The notes beneath the pieces are model-generated. The model saw only the letters and a program-made list of their open reading frames with translations, did no database searches and was not told the DNA's origin. Positions 13,533-26,260 of a stretch of 64,000 bases of DNA are shown here, piece by piece. The DNA is taken from the NCBI GenBank assembly GCA_964016885.1, contig CAXHJY010001108.1, positions 91,635 to 155,634 of the forward strand. Reading direction: 5' to 3'. A program made the translations under genes and the position numbers. The stretch comes from Eledone cirrhosa (taxonomy: Eukaryota). Position 1 is the stretch's first letter; every line of letters begins with the position of its first letter.

Positions 13533-14264
13533 CGTGTGTGTCTGCATGTGTGTAAGAAAGTGTGTAAGAAAGTAATATTCATGAGCGTACAAGAATGATA
13601 GCTAAGCACCTGGTGAGTTGTTTTAAAATACAAGTTCGATTACCAGTTGGGCCAGTTCATTTTAATTACTTACTGAATCTTACACACATGGTTTCCGCTT
13701 GTTAACTTATCATTGCTCAATATGAAGTCTTTGGCAACGATCCAACCTTATATTTTTAAAAAAATCTCACAAATAACGAATGAGTATGTGAACGTGAACG
13801 CCAGTGTGTGCGTGTGCACAAGATAAGTGCGTAAAAAAAACTAAAAGTGCTTAATATAACTTTGTGGTAGACTGGTTTGAATATTACACCTGCGTTAAAA
13901 CACTAAGGATTTAATTACATCGCTACCTTTTCCCACACTCTCTATCATATTACAATATATTATTACGCCCATTTCAACTGATACAAGATTTTATATAAAG
14001 TGTCTTCATACACCCAACACCAAATAAAATCAAAAATCTATTGTATACTGCGTAGTTTACTGCTTCTGTCGATATTATAAATGTATGGACAACAGCTGGA
14101 ATCAGAAAATTAAAGATAAGTCACTTAATTTTAAATTTCATCCGCAAATATTTTAGTGAAACAAAAGTTTTAAATTTTCAGAAAATGGATATCTCATGAA
14201 TTATTGTAGTTGATTGACAATAGATCAAAATATAGAGAAAGTAAGAAAGAGATATAGAGGAAGA

Positions 14265-14420
14265 ATCGACCCCAGTACTTGACTGATACTTTTTTTTTAT
14301 CGACCATGAATGGATTAAGGGCAAAGTTGACATCGGCGGGATTTGAACTCAGAGGAGCAGAGAGCCGAAATGAATAATACAAAACATTCTATCCAACGTT
14401 CTAACGGGTCGACAAATTCG
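14265..14420 (-). mobile_element. tRNA-derived SINE, diverged
   Basis: TTTATCGACC...GGCAAAGTTGACATCGGCGGGATTTGAACTCAGA; similar to ~39745-39905. Confidence 0.65.
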
Positions 14421-14450
14421 TTGACTCTCTCTCCCTCTCTCCCTCTCTCT

Positions 14451-14452
<2 letters not shown>

Positions 14453-14502
<50 letters not shown>

Positions 14503-14590
14503 TTATATATATATATATATATATAAATTTATATATATATATATATAAATTTATATATATATATATATATATAAATTTATATATATATAT

Positions 14591-14637
<47 letters not shown>

Positions 14638-14638
14638 A

Positions 14639-14675
<37 letters not shown>

Positions 14676-14733
14676 TATATATATATACATATATATAAAA
14701 ATATATATATATATACATATATATATATAAATT

Positions 14734-14765
<32 letters not shown>

Positions 14766-14792
14766 TATATATATATACATATATATATATAA

Positions 14793-14844
<52 letters not shown>

Positions 14845-14884
14845 TTATATATATATATACATATATATATATAAATTTATATAC

Positions 14885-14915
<31 letters not shown>

Positions 14916-14981
14916 AATTTATATATATATATACATATATATATATAAATTTATATATATATACATATATATATATAAATT

Positions 14982-15060
<79 letters not shown>

Positions 15061-15162
15061 GTATATATATATATATATACATATGTATATATATATATAT
15101 ATATATATACATATGTATATATATATATATATATACATATGTATATATATATATATATATAC

Positions 15163-15252
<90 letters not shown>

Positions 15253-15320
15253 TATATATATATATATTTATATATATATATATATATAAATTATATATAT
15301 ATATATTTATATATATATAT

Positions 15321-15351
<31 letters not shown>

Positions 15352-15420
15352 AAATTTATATATATATATATGTATATATATTTATATATATATATATAAA
15401 TTTATATATATAAATTTATG
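14453..15420. repeat. Degenerate (TA)n array interrupted by AAATTT
   Basis: Direct inspection. Confidence 0.9.
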
Positions 15421-15608
15421 TAGATAAATCTACCAAAAGTTTACGGTAGTGTCCAATCCGTATGAAGAACTCAATGTAATCCGGATATCATGAAAAGAGA
15501 AGATGCATTCAAAAACTACTTTCGGTGAAAAATAAACGGAAAACAGAGTCAAGATAAATTAATAAAATAATGAATAAACAAAGAAACAGTTCCTTATATT
15601 AAAAAAAT

Positions 15609-15750
15609 TCATCATTTTACGATCGTTTCTAGGATATATATGTGTTAGAGTTGGTATGCATATTCTATAGATCTATGTACAATATTTATACAAACTATCA
15701 GAGGGAATATACATACCTACACATATATATGCTGTCTTCAGAAATAATGA
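15609..15750 (-). ncRNA. Type I hammerhead ribozyme with ~105-nt extended stem II
   Basis: tcattattt-CTGAAGA-long hairpin (atatatatgtgt..gtatgtatattc / gaatatgcatac..acacatatatat)-GAAA-cgatcg-TA-aaatgatga; 9-bp stem I. Confidence 0.85.
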
Positions 15751-16934
15751 TATTTGTTTATTGAAAAAAACAAAGATTCAATACAATAGATCTGTTTGGG
15801 AACAGGTTTTGAATTGACCAATAGAGAGATAGTGAGGGTCAAGATAGTAATATAGTAGTAGAAGAACCTTAAATTCTAGGTAGAGGAAGGTAGATTTCAG
15901 TTTTGGATGGAAAAGAATATTATGAATGAAGGAATATTTTAGGGAAGAAATAGGTCTTATGGTGACCTCAGAAATAATTTATTTGTTCATTGAATAAAAC
16001 CAACAAAGATCTAATATATTCTGTCTGTTTGGTAAGAGGTTTAGAATTAACCAATAGAAAGTTAATAATTGGCCAAATGGTAAAATAGTAGTAATTGAAG
16101 CTTATTTTAGGGGTGAAAATAGGTCAGGTGGTCAGTAAAAGCTATACAAGCAGTTGCTGTTATAAAATAGTAATGCCAATACACATATCTAAGGTGACTA
16201 AAGTTTTACGATAAGAATGTTAGTGAAAAAATACATCTATGAAAAGAATATAAATTAATTTAATTGATGGGTATATTTATATTGATAAAATTATACTAAT
16301 ACATATAGATATGATAAATAAGAGTTAGATGCAGTTGAAAAGTGCTGATAAAGATGAAGGGAAATTAAAGGAATATAAAAATAATATAAATTTATATATA
16401 TTTAGATATTTATATAAATTTATATATATAAATTCATATATATATTTTTATAAATTTATATATATATATATAAAAATTTATATATATATATATATATATA
16501 TAAATATGTATATATAAATATATATATATTTATAAATTTATATATATATATAAATTTATATATATACATATATATATAAATTTATATATATATACATATA
16601 TATATAAATTTATATATATATATACATATATATATAAATTTATATATATATATAAATTTATATATATATAAACGGAAAAAATGAAACGAAATTTCATTTC
16701 CCACTCTTAGTACAGCTGTTAATTAAATATAAGTATGTACCCGTACATACAAATATGTATACAGACGTACAGTAGTATGTATATATATATACATACGTGC
16801 ACACATATATATATGTACGTATGGATTCACCAAACATTTATTATAATGCTCGGTGTGTTTGTAAACAAACATCCCGTATTAAGCCGTACTGTCTAGCAAC
16901 AATCGTTGCTCGTTTGTTCAACACTGACAAAGGA

Positions 16935-16977
16935 ACGCTGTACTAGTTGCAAGCTTATTAGCTATCGTCAGCAACGT
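16935..16977 (-). ncRNA. Family A hammerhead with mutated core (GAAA to GCAA)
   Basis: acgttg-CTGACGA-tagct aata agctt-GCAA-ctag-TA-cagcgt. Confidence 0.75.
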
Positions 16978-17511
16978 ATACCTTCCTGCTAGATTGTTGA
17001 ACGTATATACTTACATTATGCATATTAACGGCTGAGTAGCCCAATTTGCATATCGAGTGGGTTAATTGGCCGGGTGCACTGAAAATGATAAACGGAAAAA
17101 ATGAAACGAAATTTCATTCCCACTCTTAACACGGCTGTTACTTAAATATAAGTATGTACACGTACATACACATATGTATGCATACGTACAGTAGTATGTA
17201 TATATATATATACATACATGCACACATATAAATATGTACGTATGGATTCACCGAACATTTATTATATATTTATTATATATACATACTACTGTACGTCTGT
17301 ATACATATGTGTATGTACGTGTACATACTTATATTTAAGTAACAGCCGTACTAAGAGTGGGAAATGATATTTCGTTTCATTTTTTCCGTTTATCGTTTTC
17401 GGTGCACCCGGCCGATAAACCCACTCGATATGCAAATTAGGCTGCTCAGCCGTTAATATGCATAAGGAAAGTATATACTTTAAGACGTTCAATCATCTGG
17501 CAGGAAGGTAT

Positions 17512-17554
17512 ACGTTGCTGACGATAGATAATAAGCTTGAAACTAGTACGGCGT
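17512..17554 (+). ncRNA. Type I hammerhead ribozyme (family A)
   Basis: acgttg-CTGACGA-tagat aata agctt-GAAA-ctag-TA-cggcgt; one mismatch in stem II; predicted cut after 17548. Confidence 0.8.
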
Positions 17555-17927
17555 TCCTTTGTCAGTGTTGAACAAACGAGCAACGATGGTTGCTAGGCAC
17601 TACGGCTTAATACGGGTTGTTTGTTTACAATCACACCGAGCATTATAATAAATGTTCGGTGAATCCATACGTACATATATATATCTGTAAATGTATGTAT
17701 ATATACATACTACTGTACGTCTGTATACATATGTGTATGTACGTGTACATACTTATATTTAAGTAACAGCCGTGCTAAGAGTGGGAAATGAAATTTCGCT
17801 TCATTTTTTCCGTTTATCGTTTTCAGTACACCCGGCCGATTAACCCACTCGATATGCAAATTGGGCTACTCAGCCGTCAATATGCATAAGGTAAGTATAT
17901 ACGTTCAACAATCTGGCAGGAAGGTAT

Positions 17928-17970
17928 ACGTTGCTGACGATAGCTAATAAGCTTGAAACTAGTACAGCGT
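17928..17970 (+). ncRNA. Type I hammerhead ribozyme (family A)
   Basis: acgttg-CTGACGA-tagct aata agctt-GAAA-ctag-TA-cagcgt; predicted cut after 17964. Confidence 0.9.
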
Positions 17971-18631
17971 TACTTTGTCAGTGTTGAACAAATGAGCAAT
18001 GATGGTTGCTAGACACTACGGTTTAATACGGGATGTTTGTTTACAAACCCACCGAGCATTATAATAAATGTTCGGTGAATCCATACATACATATATATAT
18101 ATGTGTGCATGTATGTATATATATATACATACTACTGTACGTCTGTATACATATGTGTATGTACGTGTACATACTTATATATATATATATAAATTCATAT
18201 ATATATATATAAATTCATATATTGTTATACTTTGGGAGGGTCATGTTGCCAATAAGAAACACACGCACCAGTTGCTTTCACTTCAATTTAATTTATTATA
18301 TATTTATAAATTTACAAATTTATAAATTTCTGGTTGGTTGGTTGGTTCCACAACCAGATAGTTGTTTATATATATATAGTCATAGTTCTTTCGTCACAGT
18401 TCTTGTGACCTCTTCAGTGACTGGGGATTTCTTTCTTCGTTTCTGTGCCTTTCCTTTCTTCTATCCTACGCCATTTTGTTTGTGTGTCTTATTGGCAACA
18501 TGACCCTCCCAAAGTATAACAATATCGGTTTCAACACACGATTTCAGATAAAGAATCTTGCTAAACAAATTCAGAAACGAAATAAATTCATATATATATA
18601 TATAAATTCATATATATATATATATATATAA

Positions 18632-18667
<36 letters not shown>

Positions 18668-18723
18668 TTATATATATATATATAAATTTATATATGTATA
18701 TATAAATATATATATATATATAA

Positions 18724-18797
<74 letters not shown>

Positions 18798-18810
18798 TTA
18801 TATATATATA

Positions 18811-19022
18811 TGTGAGATGTGAGAAAACCACAGACCCTCCATCTCAACTCTACTTTTGAAAAGCAGAAGAACTGCGAAACCGGTAAATGAATCAAATAAA
18901 TATATATATATTTTTTTAAAATAATACTCCAGTTGCATTTTCGATTTCATCTTTTTTTTCTTTATACTTTCACTCGTGTAGGACACCTCGGTTATTTTTC
19001 ATTTTGTAAAAAAAAACTTCAC

Positions 19023-19030
<8 letters not shown>
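18811..19030 (+). mobile_element. Family C element with a U3:A8-variant hammerhead at 18852-18889
   Basis: actt-TTGAAAA-gcag aagaa ctgc-GAAA-ccgg-TA-aa; other copies at ~22885-23098, ~41230-41387 and 43245-43585. Confidence 0.75.
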
Positions 19031-19083
<53 letters not shown>

Positions 19084-19158
19084 TAAATTTATGTATATAT
19101 ATATATATAAATTTATATATATATATATATATAAATTTATATATATATATATATATAA

Positions 19159-19211
<53 letters not shown>

Positions 19212-19375
19212 TATATAAATTTATATATATATATATTTATATATATATATATATAAATTTATATATATATATATTTATATATATATATATAAATTTATAT
19301 ATACATATATTTATATATATATACATATATAAATTTATATATATATATATTTATATATATATATATATATAAATT

Positions 19376-19406
<31 letters not shown>

Positions 19407-19528
19407 ATAAATTTATATATATATATATATTTATATGTATATATATAAATTTATATATATATAAATTCATATATATATATATATATATATATTTTTTTAT
19501 GTATACATATAAATTTATATATATATAT

Positions 19529-19560
<32 letters not shown>

Positions 19561-19582
19561 ATATATATAAATTTATATATAT

Positions 19583-19614
<32 letters not shown>

Positions 19615-19627
19615 ATATATATAAATT

Positions 19628-19662
<35 letters not shown>

Positions 19663-19737
19663 GTAAATATATATATATAAATTTATATATATATATTTAT
19701 ATATATATATAAATATTTATATATATATATATAAATT

Positions 19738-19768
<31 letters not shown>

Positions 19769-19779
19769 ATATATAAATT

Positions 19780-19812
<33 letters not shown>

Positions 19813-19904
19813 ATAAATTTATAAATATATATATATTTATATATATATAAATAAATTTATATATATATATATATTTATATGTATATATATAAATTTATAT
19901 ATAT

Positions 19905-19936
<32 letters not shown>

Positions 19937-20175
19937 ATATATATAAATTTATATATATATAAATATATATATATATATGTAAATATATATATATAAATTT
20001 ATATATATATATTTATATATATATATAAATATTTATATATATATAAATTTATATATATATATATATATTATATATATATATATAAATTTATATATATATA
20101 TATTTATACAAACAAATAACGAAACGAAATTAAACTTCTTTAACTTAATTATATATTTATATATATATGTATATT

Positions 20176-20208
<33 letters not shown>

Positions 20209-20229
20209 ATTTATATATATATGTATATT

Positions 20230-20260
<31 letters not shown>

Positions 20261-20279
20261 AAATTTATATATATATATT

Positions 20280-20311
<32 letters not shown>

Positions 20312-20427
20312 TATATATATATATATATATTTCTATAAATTTATATATAAATTTATATATATATAAATTTATATATATATATTTATATATATTTATATAT
20401 ATATATTTATATATATATATATAAATT

Positions 20428-20459
<32 letters not shown>

Positions 20460-20600
20460 TATATATATATATATTTATATATATATTTATATATATACAC
20501 ATTTATATATATATATTTATATATATACATATTTATATATATATATTTATATATATATATATATATTAATATATATATATATATTTATATATATATATAT
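19030..20600. repeat. Long degenerate (TA)n array with TTT/AAATTT interruptions
   Basis: Direct inspection. Confidence 0.9.
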
Positions 20601-20911
20601 TTCGTACATAGTTTCCTCGTACATATCTTTCCTCTCGCTAATTTTCAAATTCTTTTAATTTATACATTATCTTCCAACGGTTTTCAACCTCTCTATGTAA
20701 AACAATATATCTTCTCTCAGTTATAAAAACTATCTCTTTCTCTCTATCACCCATCTCTCCCTCTCACCTCCTCCCCTTTTTCATCCCCCCCCCCTCTCTA
20801 AATAAAATATTTTTCCCAATATCACACATCAATCTAAAACCACTTTTCATATGTTGATTTAAAACTGCACTATCCACAAGTGTTTTTTAGCCTTCATATC
20901 ATGTTCTCCTG

Positions 20912-20978
20912 TTTTATCTGATGAAAAAACAAATATTATTGCATGATGATGTTTGTTTTTGAAATGCGCATAATAAAA
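20912..20978 (+). ncRNA. Type I hammerhead ribozyme
   Basis: ttttat-CTGATGA-aaaaacaaatatta..tgatgtttgttttt-GAAA-tgcgca-TA-ataaaa. Confidence 0.9.
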
Positions 20979-21129
20979 TACATGGAACTCCTTTAACTAT
21001 CTTTTGATCTTATATTATATATTTATATATATACATATATATTTATATATATATTTATATATATATATATTTATATATATATATATATTTATATATATAC
21101 ATATATATTTATATATATACATATATATT

Positions 21130-21161
<32 letters not shown>

Positions 21162-21279
21162 TATATATATACATATATATTTATATATATATATATATAT
21201 ATATACATATATATTTATACATATATATTTATATATATATACATATATATTTATACATATATATTTATATATATATATT

Positions 21280-21316
<37 letters not shown>

Positions 21317-21341
21317 ATCTATATATATATATATTTATATA

Positions 21342-21611
21342 TGATATTAAACAAATGGAAACTATATTTATAAAACCATATTTATTTCGTTATATATATT
21401 TCTGGGATATCATATTAAAAATATGGTATGCCTTCCTCAGACAAAATACAATACATAAGCTGTTTTATAAATAATTTTGACATACCTGATAATAATGCAA
21501 CTTCCATTTAAAAAGTTGATTTGGTAGTCTATTTTTAATATGATATCCCAAAAATATATATAACGAAATAAATATGGTTTTATAAATATAGTTTCCATTT
21601 GTTTTAATATC
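21342..21611. repeat. Fold-back element with ~78-bp arms
   Basis: GATATTAAAACAAATGGAAACTATATTTATAAAACC...GGGATATCATATTAAAA versus its reverse complement at ~21533-21611. Confidence 0.85.
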
Positions 21612-21736
21612 GTAAACCTACTCCAGAAACTGTTGAGTGCTTTTATATCAGTTATAAAATATTTACTCGTTGTAACCCAACAATTTTAAATAAAACTTTT
21701 GCATATATTTATATATATATATATATATATAAATAT

Positions 21737-21905
21737 TTCATCTGTTGAGCGTACTGGACGTTTCTATTAGGGTCTTCTAGTTTCCTGAAATCTTTCGTAA
21801 TGGAATAATTATTTTGTGTTGTGTATTAATTAATTAAAAAGCTCTGTACTATACATAGAGCTCTCTTCTTTCCTTTACCTTTTCTATGGAAATACTTAAC
21901 ACACT
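21737..21905 (+). mobile_element. Family D element with decayed hammerhead (CTGTTGA...GAAA tctttcg TA atggaa)
   Basis: Homologous to 34545-34790. Confidence 0.65.
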
Positions 21906-21920
21906 CACACACACATATAC

Positions 21921-21955
<35 letters not shown>

Positions 21956-22016
21956 AGTGTGTGTGTGTGTGTTTGCAAATGAAAAAAGAGCGCTCTATGT
22001 ATAAAACAGAACTATT

Positions 22017-22179
22017 TAATTAGAAAGTGAACAACACAATATATACCTACTCCATTACCAAAAGTTTCAGGACCCTAGACAGTACTAACATACGTCATCG
22101 ATCCAGACGTATACTAATATTGTCTAGGTTCCTGAAACCTTTGGTAATGGAGTAGTTATATATTGTGTTGTTTACTTTC

Positions 22180-22186
<7 letters not shown>
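22017..22186. repeat. Fold-back of family D hammerhead 3' halves
   Basis: Both arms read cct-GAAA-cctttgg-TA-atggagtag outward. Confidence 0.75.
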
Positions 22187-22218
<32 letters not shown>

Positions 22219-22454
22219 AAAGAGTGAAAAATAACGTGGTCGACTGTCAAATAAACCCTATTGTGCAGCCAACTCACGTTATTCTTTTACTATTATTACT
22301 CCAAGAACCGCCTGCCTAGTAGCTTTCTTACACTGGCCATCCGACTAAGGAAACTTCTTATTGAGTCAAACAACGCCGAACGTTAAAACTATCATTGAAA
22401 CAGAGTACTCATAACCTCTACTTGGATTACCTTATACGGTATCTTGTTAACTTG

Positions 22455-22503
<49 letters not shown>

Positions 22504-22506
<3 letters not shown>

Positions 22507-22875
22507 TCATCATCAGGTCTAGCTTGCTCGGCTTTCTACGACACGCTCCCTCCATCCATCTCAGTCTCTCATAGCGTTTGCCAGTTCTTCCGCAGTGCAT
22601 CCAGTATCGTCCTCAAGTTGCTTGACGTATGTCTTCTTGGGACGACCAGCGTTTCTTGCTCCATGAGATGGACTCCATAACAACACATCACCTGCTATTT
22701 CTTCCTTGCTGCGCCAACAGTGGCCAGCAAATCTGAGTCTCTGTCCATGTATTGACCTGCTGATAGGTGGTATATTGCCATAGAGATCCTTATTTGTTGG
22801 GTGTTCCGTCCAAGACACGTTTAAAGCAGCGCGAAGCATACGTGTGTATGCCTCGTCTAGCTTTTTCTCCAGTTT
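22504..22875 (-). pseudogene. 3' end of an RTE-type LINE with (GAT)n tail
   Basis: MLRAALNVSWTEHPTNKDLYGNIPPISRSIHGQRLRFAGHCWRSKEE...GRPKKTY; short GATGAT tail abutting (TA)n. Confidence 0.8.
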
Positions 22876-22884
22876 CTACGTTAT

Positions 22885-23096
22885 ATTAGAAAATGGGGTT
22901 CTTTTACAAAATGAAAATTAACCGAGGTGTCCTACACGAGTGAAAGTATAGAGAAAAAAAGATGAAATCTAAAATGCAACTGGAGTCAGTCTTATTTAAA
23001 AATATATATATATATTTAATTGGTTCCTTTACCGGTTTCACAGTTCTTCTGCTTTTCAAAAGTATAGTTGAGATGGAGGGTCTGTGGTTTTTCTCT

Positions 23097-23098
<2 letters not shown>
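22885..23098 (-). mobile_element. Family C element; U3:A8 hammerhead at 23026-23063
   Basis: actt-TTGAAAA-gcag aagaa ctgt-GAAA-ccgg-TA-aagg. Confidence 0.75.
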
Positions 23099-23124
<26 letters not shown>

Positions 23125-23127
<3 letters not shown>

Positions 23128-23278
23128 TAGGATTGGTGCTCTGAAATAGCGATGTATACATGAATATATGTATAGTATATTTGGCAATATACCGTATGTT
23201 TAATTAAAAACATTTTGAAGACCATACGCTATCGGTTTTAAAGTAGTGACTACGTCACTTACTGCTTTTCGGCGAAGT
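23125..23278 (-). mobile_element. 3' fragment of family B element
   Basis: Reverse complement of ~9008-9150. Confidence 0.7.
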
Positions 23279-23381
23279 GGTTTATATATATATTGCTCTA
23301 CGGTTCATATATATTTGATATATATTTTCCTTATCGAGCCCTCTTTGGATTTTAGTCTTCAATTTTATTATTATTACTATA

Positions 23382-23450
<69 letters not shown>

Positions 23451-23633
23451 TCGTCTCATGTTGACAGTTGTGAGTGAGTACTCAATACTGAAGTAGGGTT
23501 TAACAATATTCTTTATTATGGCTAAGTTATGTCTAGTCATCCTGTAAGTACACAGGCGAAGCTTATTTCTGTGTAACTCATAAATTATGCCTAATAAAGA
23601 CTACTATGTATCTCTCTCTCTCGCTTTCTTCCT

Positions 23634-23677
<44 letters not shown>

Positions 23678-25887
23678 ATATATATATATGTGTGTGTGTT
23701 ATACACGAATGAACGTTAAAACGGAATTTCGTTACTGTATAATTAAATTTATTTTTCTTATGTGCATTTTCCCCATGCTGGCGCGTATTTGATGCGTAAT
23801 CGTAACTTAGGCAGAAAAATTATAAAATTGTTGCTATGGTTAACTGCGAGATACACGTCCATTTGACGGGTAGATGGCTTGATTTAATAAGAAAAAAATT
23901 TTTCATTAACATACAACAGCCATCTACCCGATAAAGATGTTTCTAAACGTTCTATACACATTATTGCTGTGCCTTACTCCCATTCTCCCATCTCAGCGTA
24001 AACACTTTCTTATGAATTCTTCGCCAGAATACAGACTACTGAAATCGAAAATAATAAGTGTTTTAAGGCCAATTTCCCCTACTTAAGATTTGCTGGCCTG
24101 ATGACATGTTTAAACTCATTATGAAGTCCTCTTTCAGATAATTGTCTTACAGACGAGGGCTCTTCCAAACCCAGTTTGTCGCCTCTTATGAAACAATATA
24201 GACACAGAAAGCGGATTCAACTTCCTAGTACGTGCTTTTATTTACCCGAGCCATAGATATTTCACTTCATCATACACAGTATTTTATTTTTTATTTTGTC
24301 TAAAATAGACATGAACACACTTCATATTTTACTCCGAGTAATCAGTAAAAACAATGTACTTCAAGTACTAATTTGTCAAATCTACATTATCTACCATTTT
24401 GTTGATCTGTCAACCAATCTAGTTATATAACCTATATGCACCCCCCCCCCACACACACACAAACTCACACTCACACTCACACACATTATCGATGCATGCA
24501 CGCACATAATACAGAATACAAATTAGAGGCAGTTAGGAGAAATCGATGACGATTTCATAGCATGTGATCAAATCTCAGCCTCTCTAGTTTATATAATTTA
24601 TGGGAAAAGAAGAAGAAGAAAATTTTGAAGAAGTTTAAATTCTCAAAGTTTCTCACGTTTCATTGTTTCCTTAGTTGTTGAATTTGTTCTCAGCTGAAAA
24701 CCAAGTCAATATATTCTAATAAAGAATGGGATGGACAGAATGTATCACACTATACTACAAGAGTTTCTTTGATATGCAAAAACTAATTCAAGACAGAAAA
24801 AAACAAAACAAAAGAAAATGAGAGAAAAAAAAATCTATCAGGAATATTTTGCTACTCATTTGCATACATGATATATGGTGAATAATTTCGATGCGTGTGA
24901 AGAATGCCTTATAAAAAATGAATACATAAACAAACAGATAAATAGATACATTTAATGAGATTGTCATTTGATGAAATACATTAAAAACAGGTATTTCGTT
25001 TGAAAGACATTAACTTAAAAGATATTATAAACTTTATTCGTTGTTAAAGAAGATAATAGAGTCGTTGTTTACATTAAAAGAAGCAATACAGGTATTGAAA
25101 ATACATATGTAAAGCAAGAAAAAAAGCTATTTAAATTTCCAATTTAAAGTAGTGACAAAAACTATTTAGTCACTACAAATACAGAACAACTTAAAATTTC
25201 TTTCATACATTCCATTCGTTTTTACAGTATCTGTTGTTCCCTTTCAAATATTCTGTGATGAATACTTGATTGAAAAAAAAAAAAATTAAACCATGCTTAA
25301 TGATTGGGAATATATTCAGTGTTGCGGAAATGGACATTATTATGAAACATTTATTCTTTCATTATATAACTATGTTTTTACAGACAAAAACTTCATGATA
25401 AGGACAGAAGTCAGAAAGTCACTGAAAACTTCTGGGGGCTTGCTAAAGATTTTGGCTTAGTGATCTCTAGTGATCTCTATATATATATTATATTTTAATG
25501 ACAAAAAGTTATTTATTCATTTATCTATTTTATTTATTTATGATTATTATTGTTTTTGCTTTTGTTTTGTTCGTGTTACAATATTTTTTAAAGGAAACTG
25601 GCTGATACTTTGAAACATCAGATGATCTCACTCGAATTTAAAAAAAAAACAACAGCAAAAAATAACAAAACAAGAAACCAACAAACAAACAATAAATTCT
25701 AGTCAAACAGTAGCTTTAAAATTTCAGAAAGCAAGAAGCAAGGGGTCAGTGAATTAATTCCGTTGTCACAAGCTATGCTAGATTATAATCTAGCATAGCT
25801 TGAATTACTGATGAAAATCGCAAGGTAAAACGAAATGAAATAATTCGCGCTGCCGCACATACACATACATACATTCATACATACATG

Positions 25888-26260
25888 ATGATGGCAGCCC
25901 CCCCCCCCCCCTCGTTATCGAGTATAGCCATTTCACGATGGACCATTATTAATAATTATTAATTAATTCTATCGTGCAATGCCTGTGCGTGAAGATATTT
26001 TTTGAAGTGAAGAAAGACTGTGCACTGAGCCAATCCCACTCTCTGAACGACAGCAGCTATAACCCCAAAAGAAGAAAAGATCAACATCATCGGTAACTAC
26101 TGAGCCGCAGGTTTTATATCGAAGTTATCCCAGTTTCCTGTGTATATATATGCGCGGGGACATAGAAATAATCGGGCTGGATACCAGATCGCGTGGTTAA
26201 ACCACTGGGAGTGAAGGACCCCTAGCCTTTGCCAGGGCATTCTTCTAGAAGAAGGCAACA
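25888..26260 (-). mobile_element. Old diverged relative of the ~608-bp repeat
   Basis: Shares GCAATGCCTGTGC..GTGAAG, AGCCAATCCCACTCTCT and AAAAGAAGAA..TCAACATCAT. Confidence 0.6.

Larger units (their letters stand above)
16671..18176. mobile_element. Array of ~416-420-bp hammerhead-bearing units (family A): ~1.4 units on minus, then ~2.1 tandem units on plus
   Basis: AACGGAAAAAATGAAACGAAATTTC recurs at 16671 and 17091; CATACTACTGTACGTCTG recurs at ~17282, ~17707 and ~18128; one hammerhead per unit. Confidence 0.9.

Noticed and set aside
16671-18176. CRISPR or other prokaryotic repeat-array interpretation
   Set aside because: Units are ~420 bp without unique spacers, there are no cas genes, and the context is eukaryotic.
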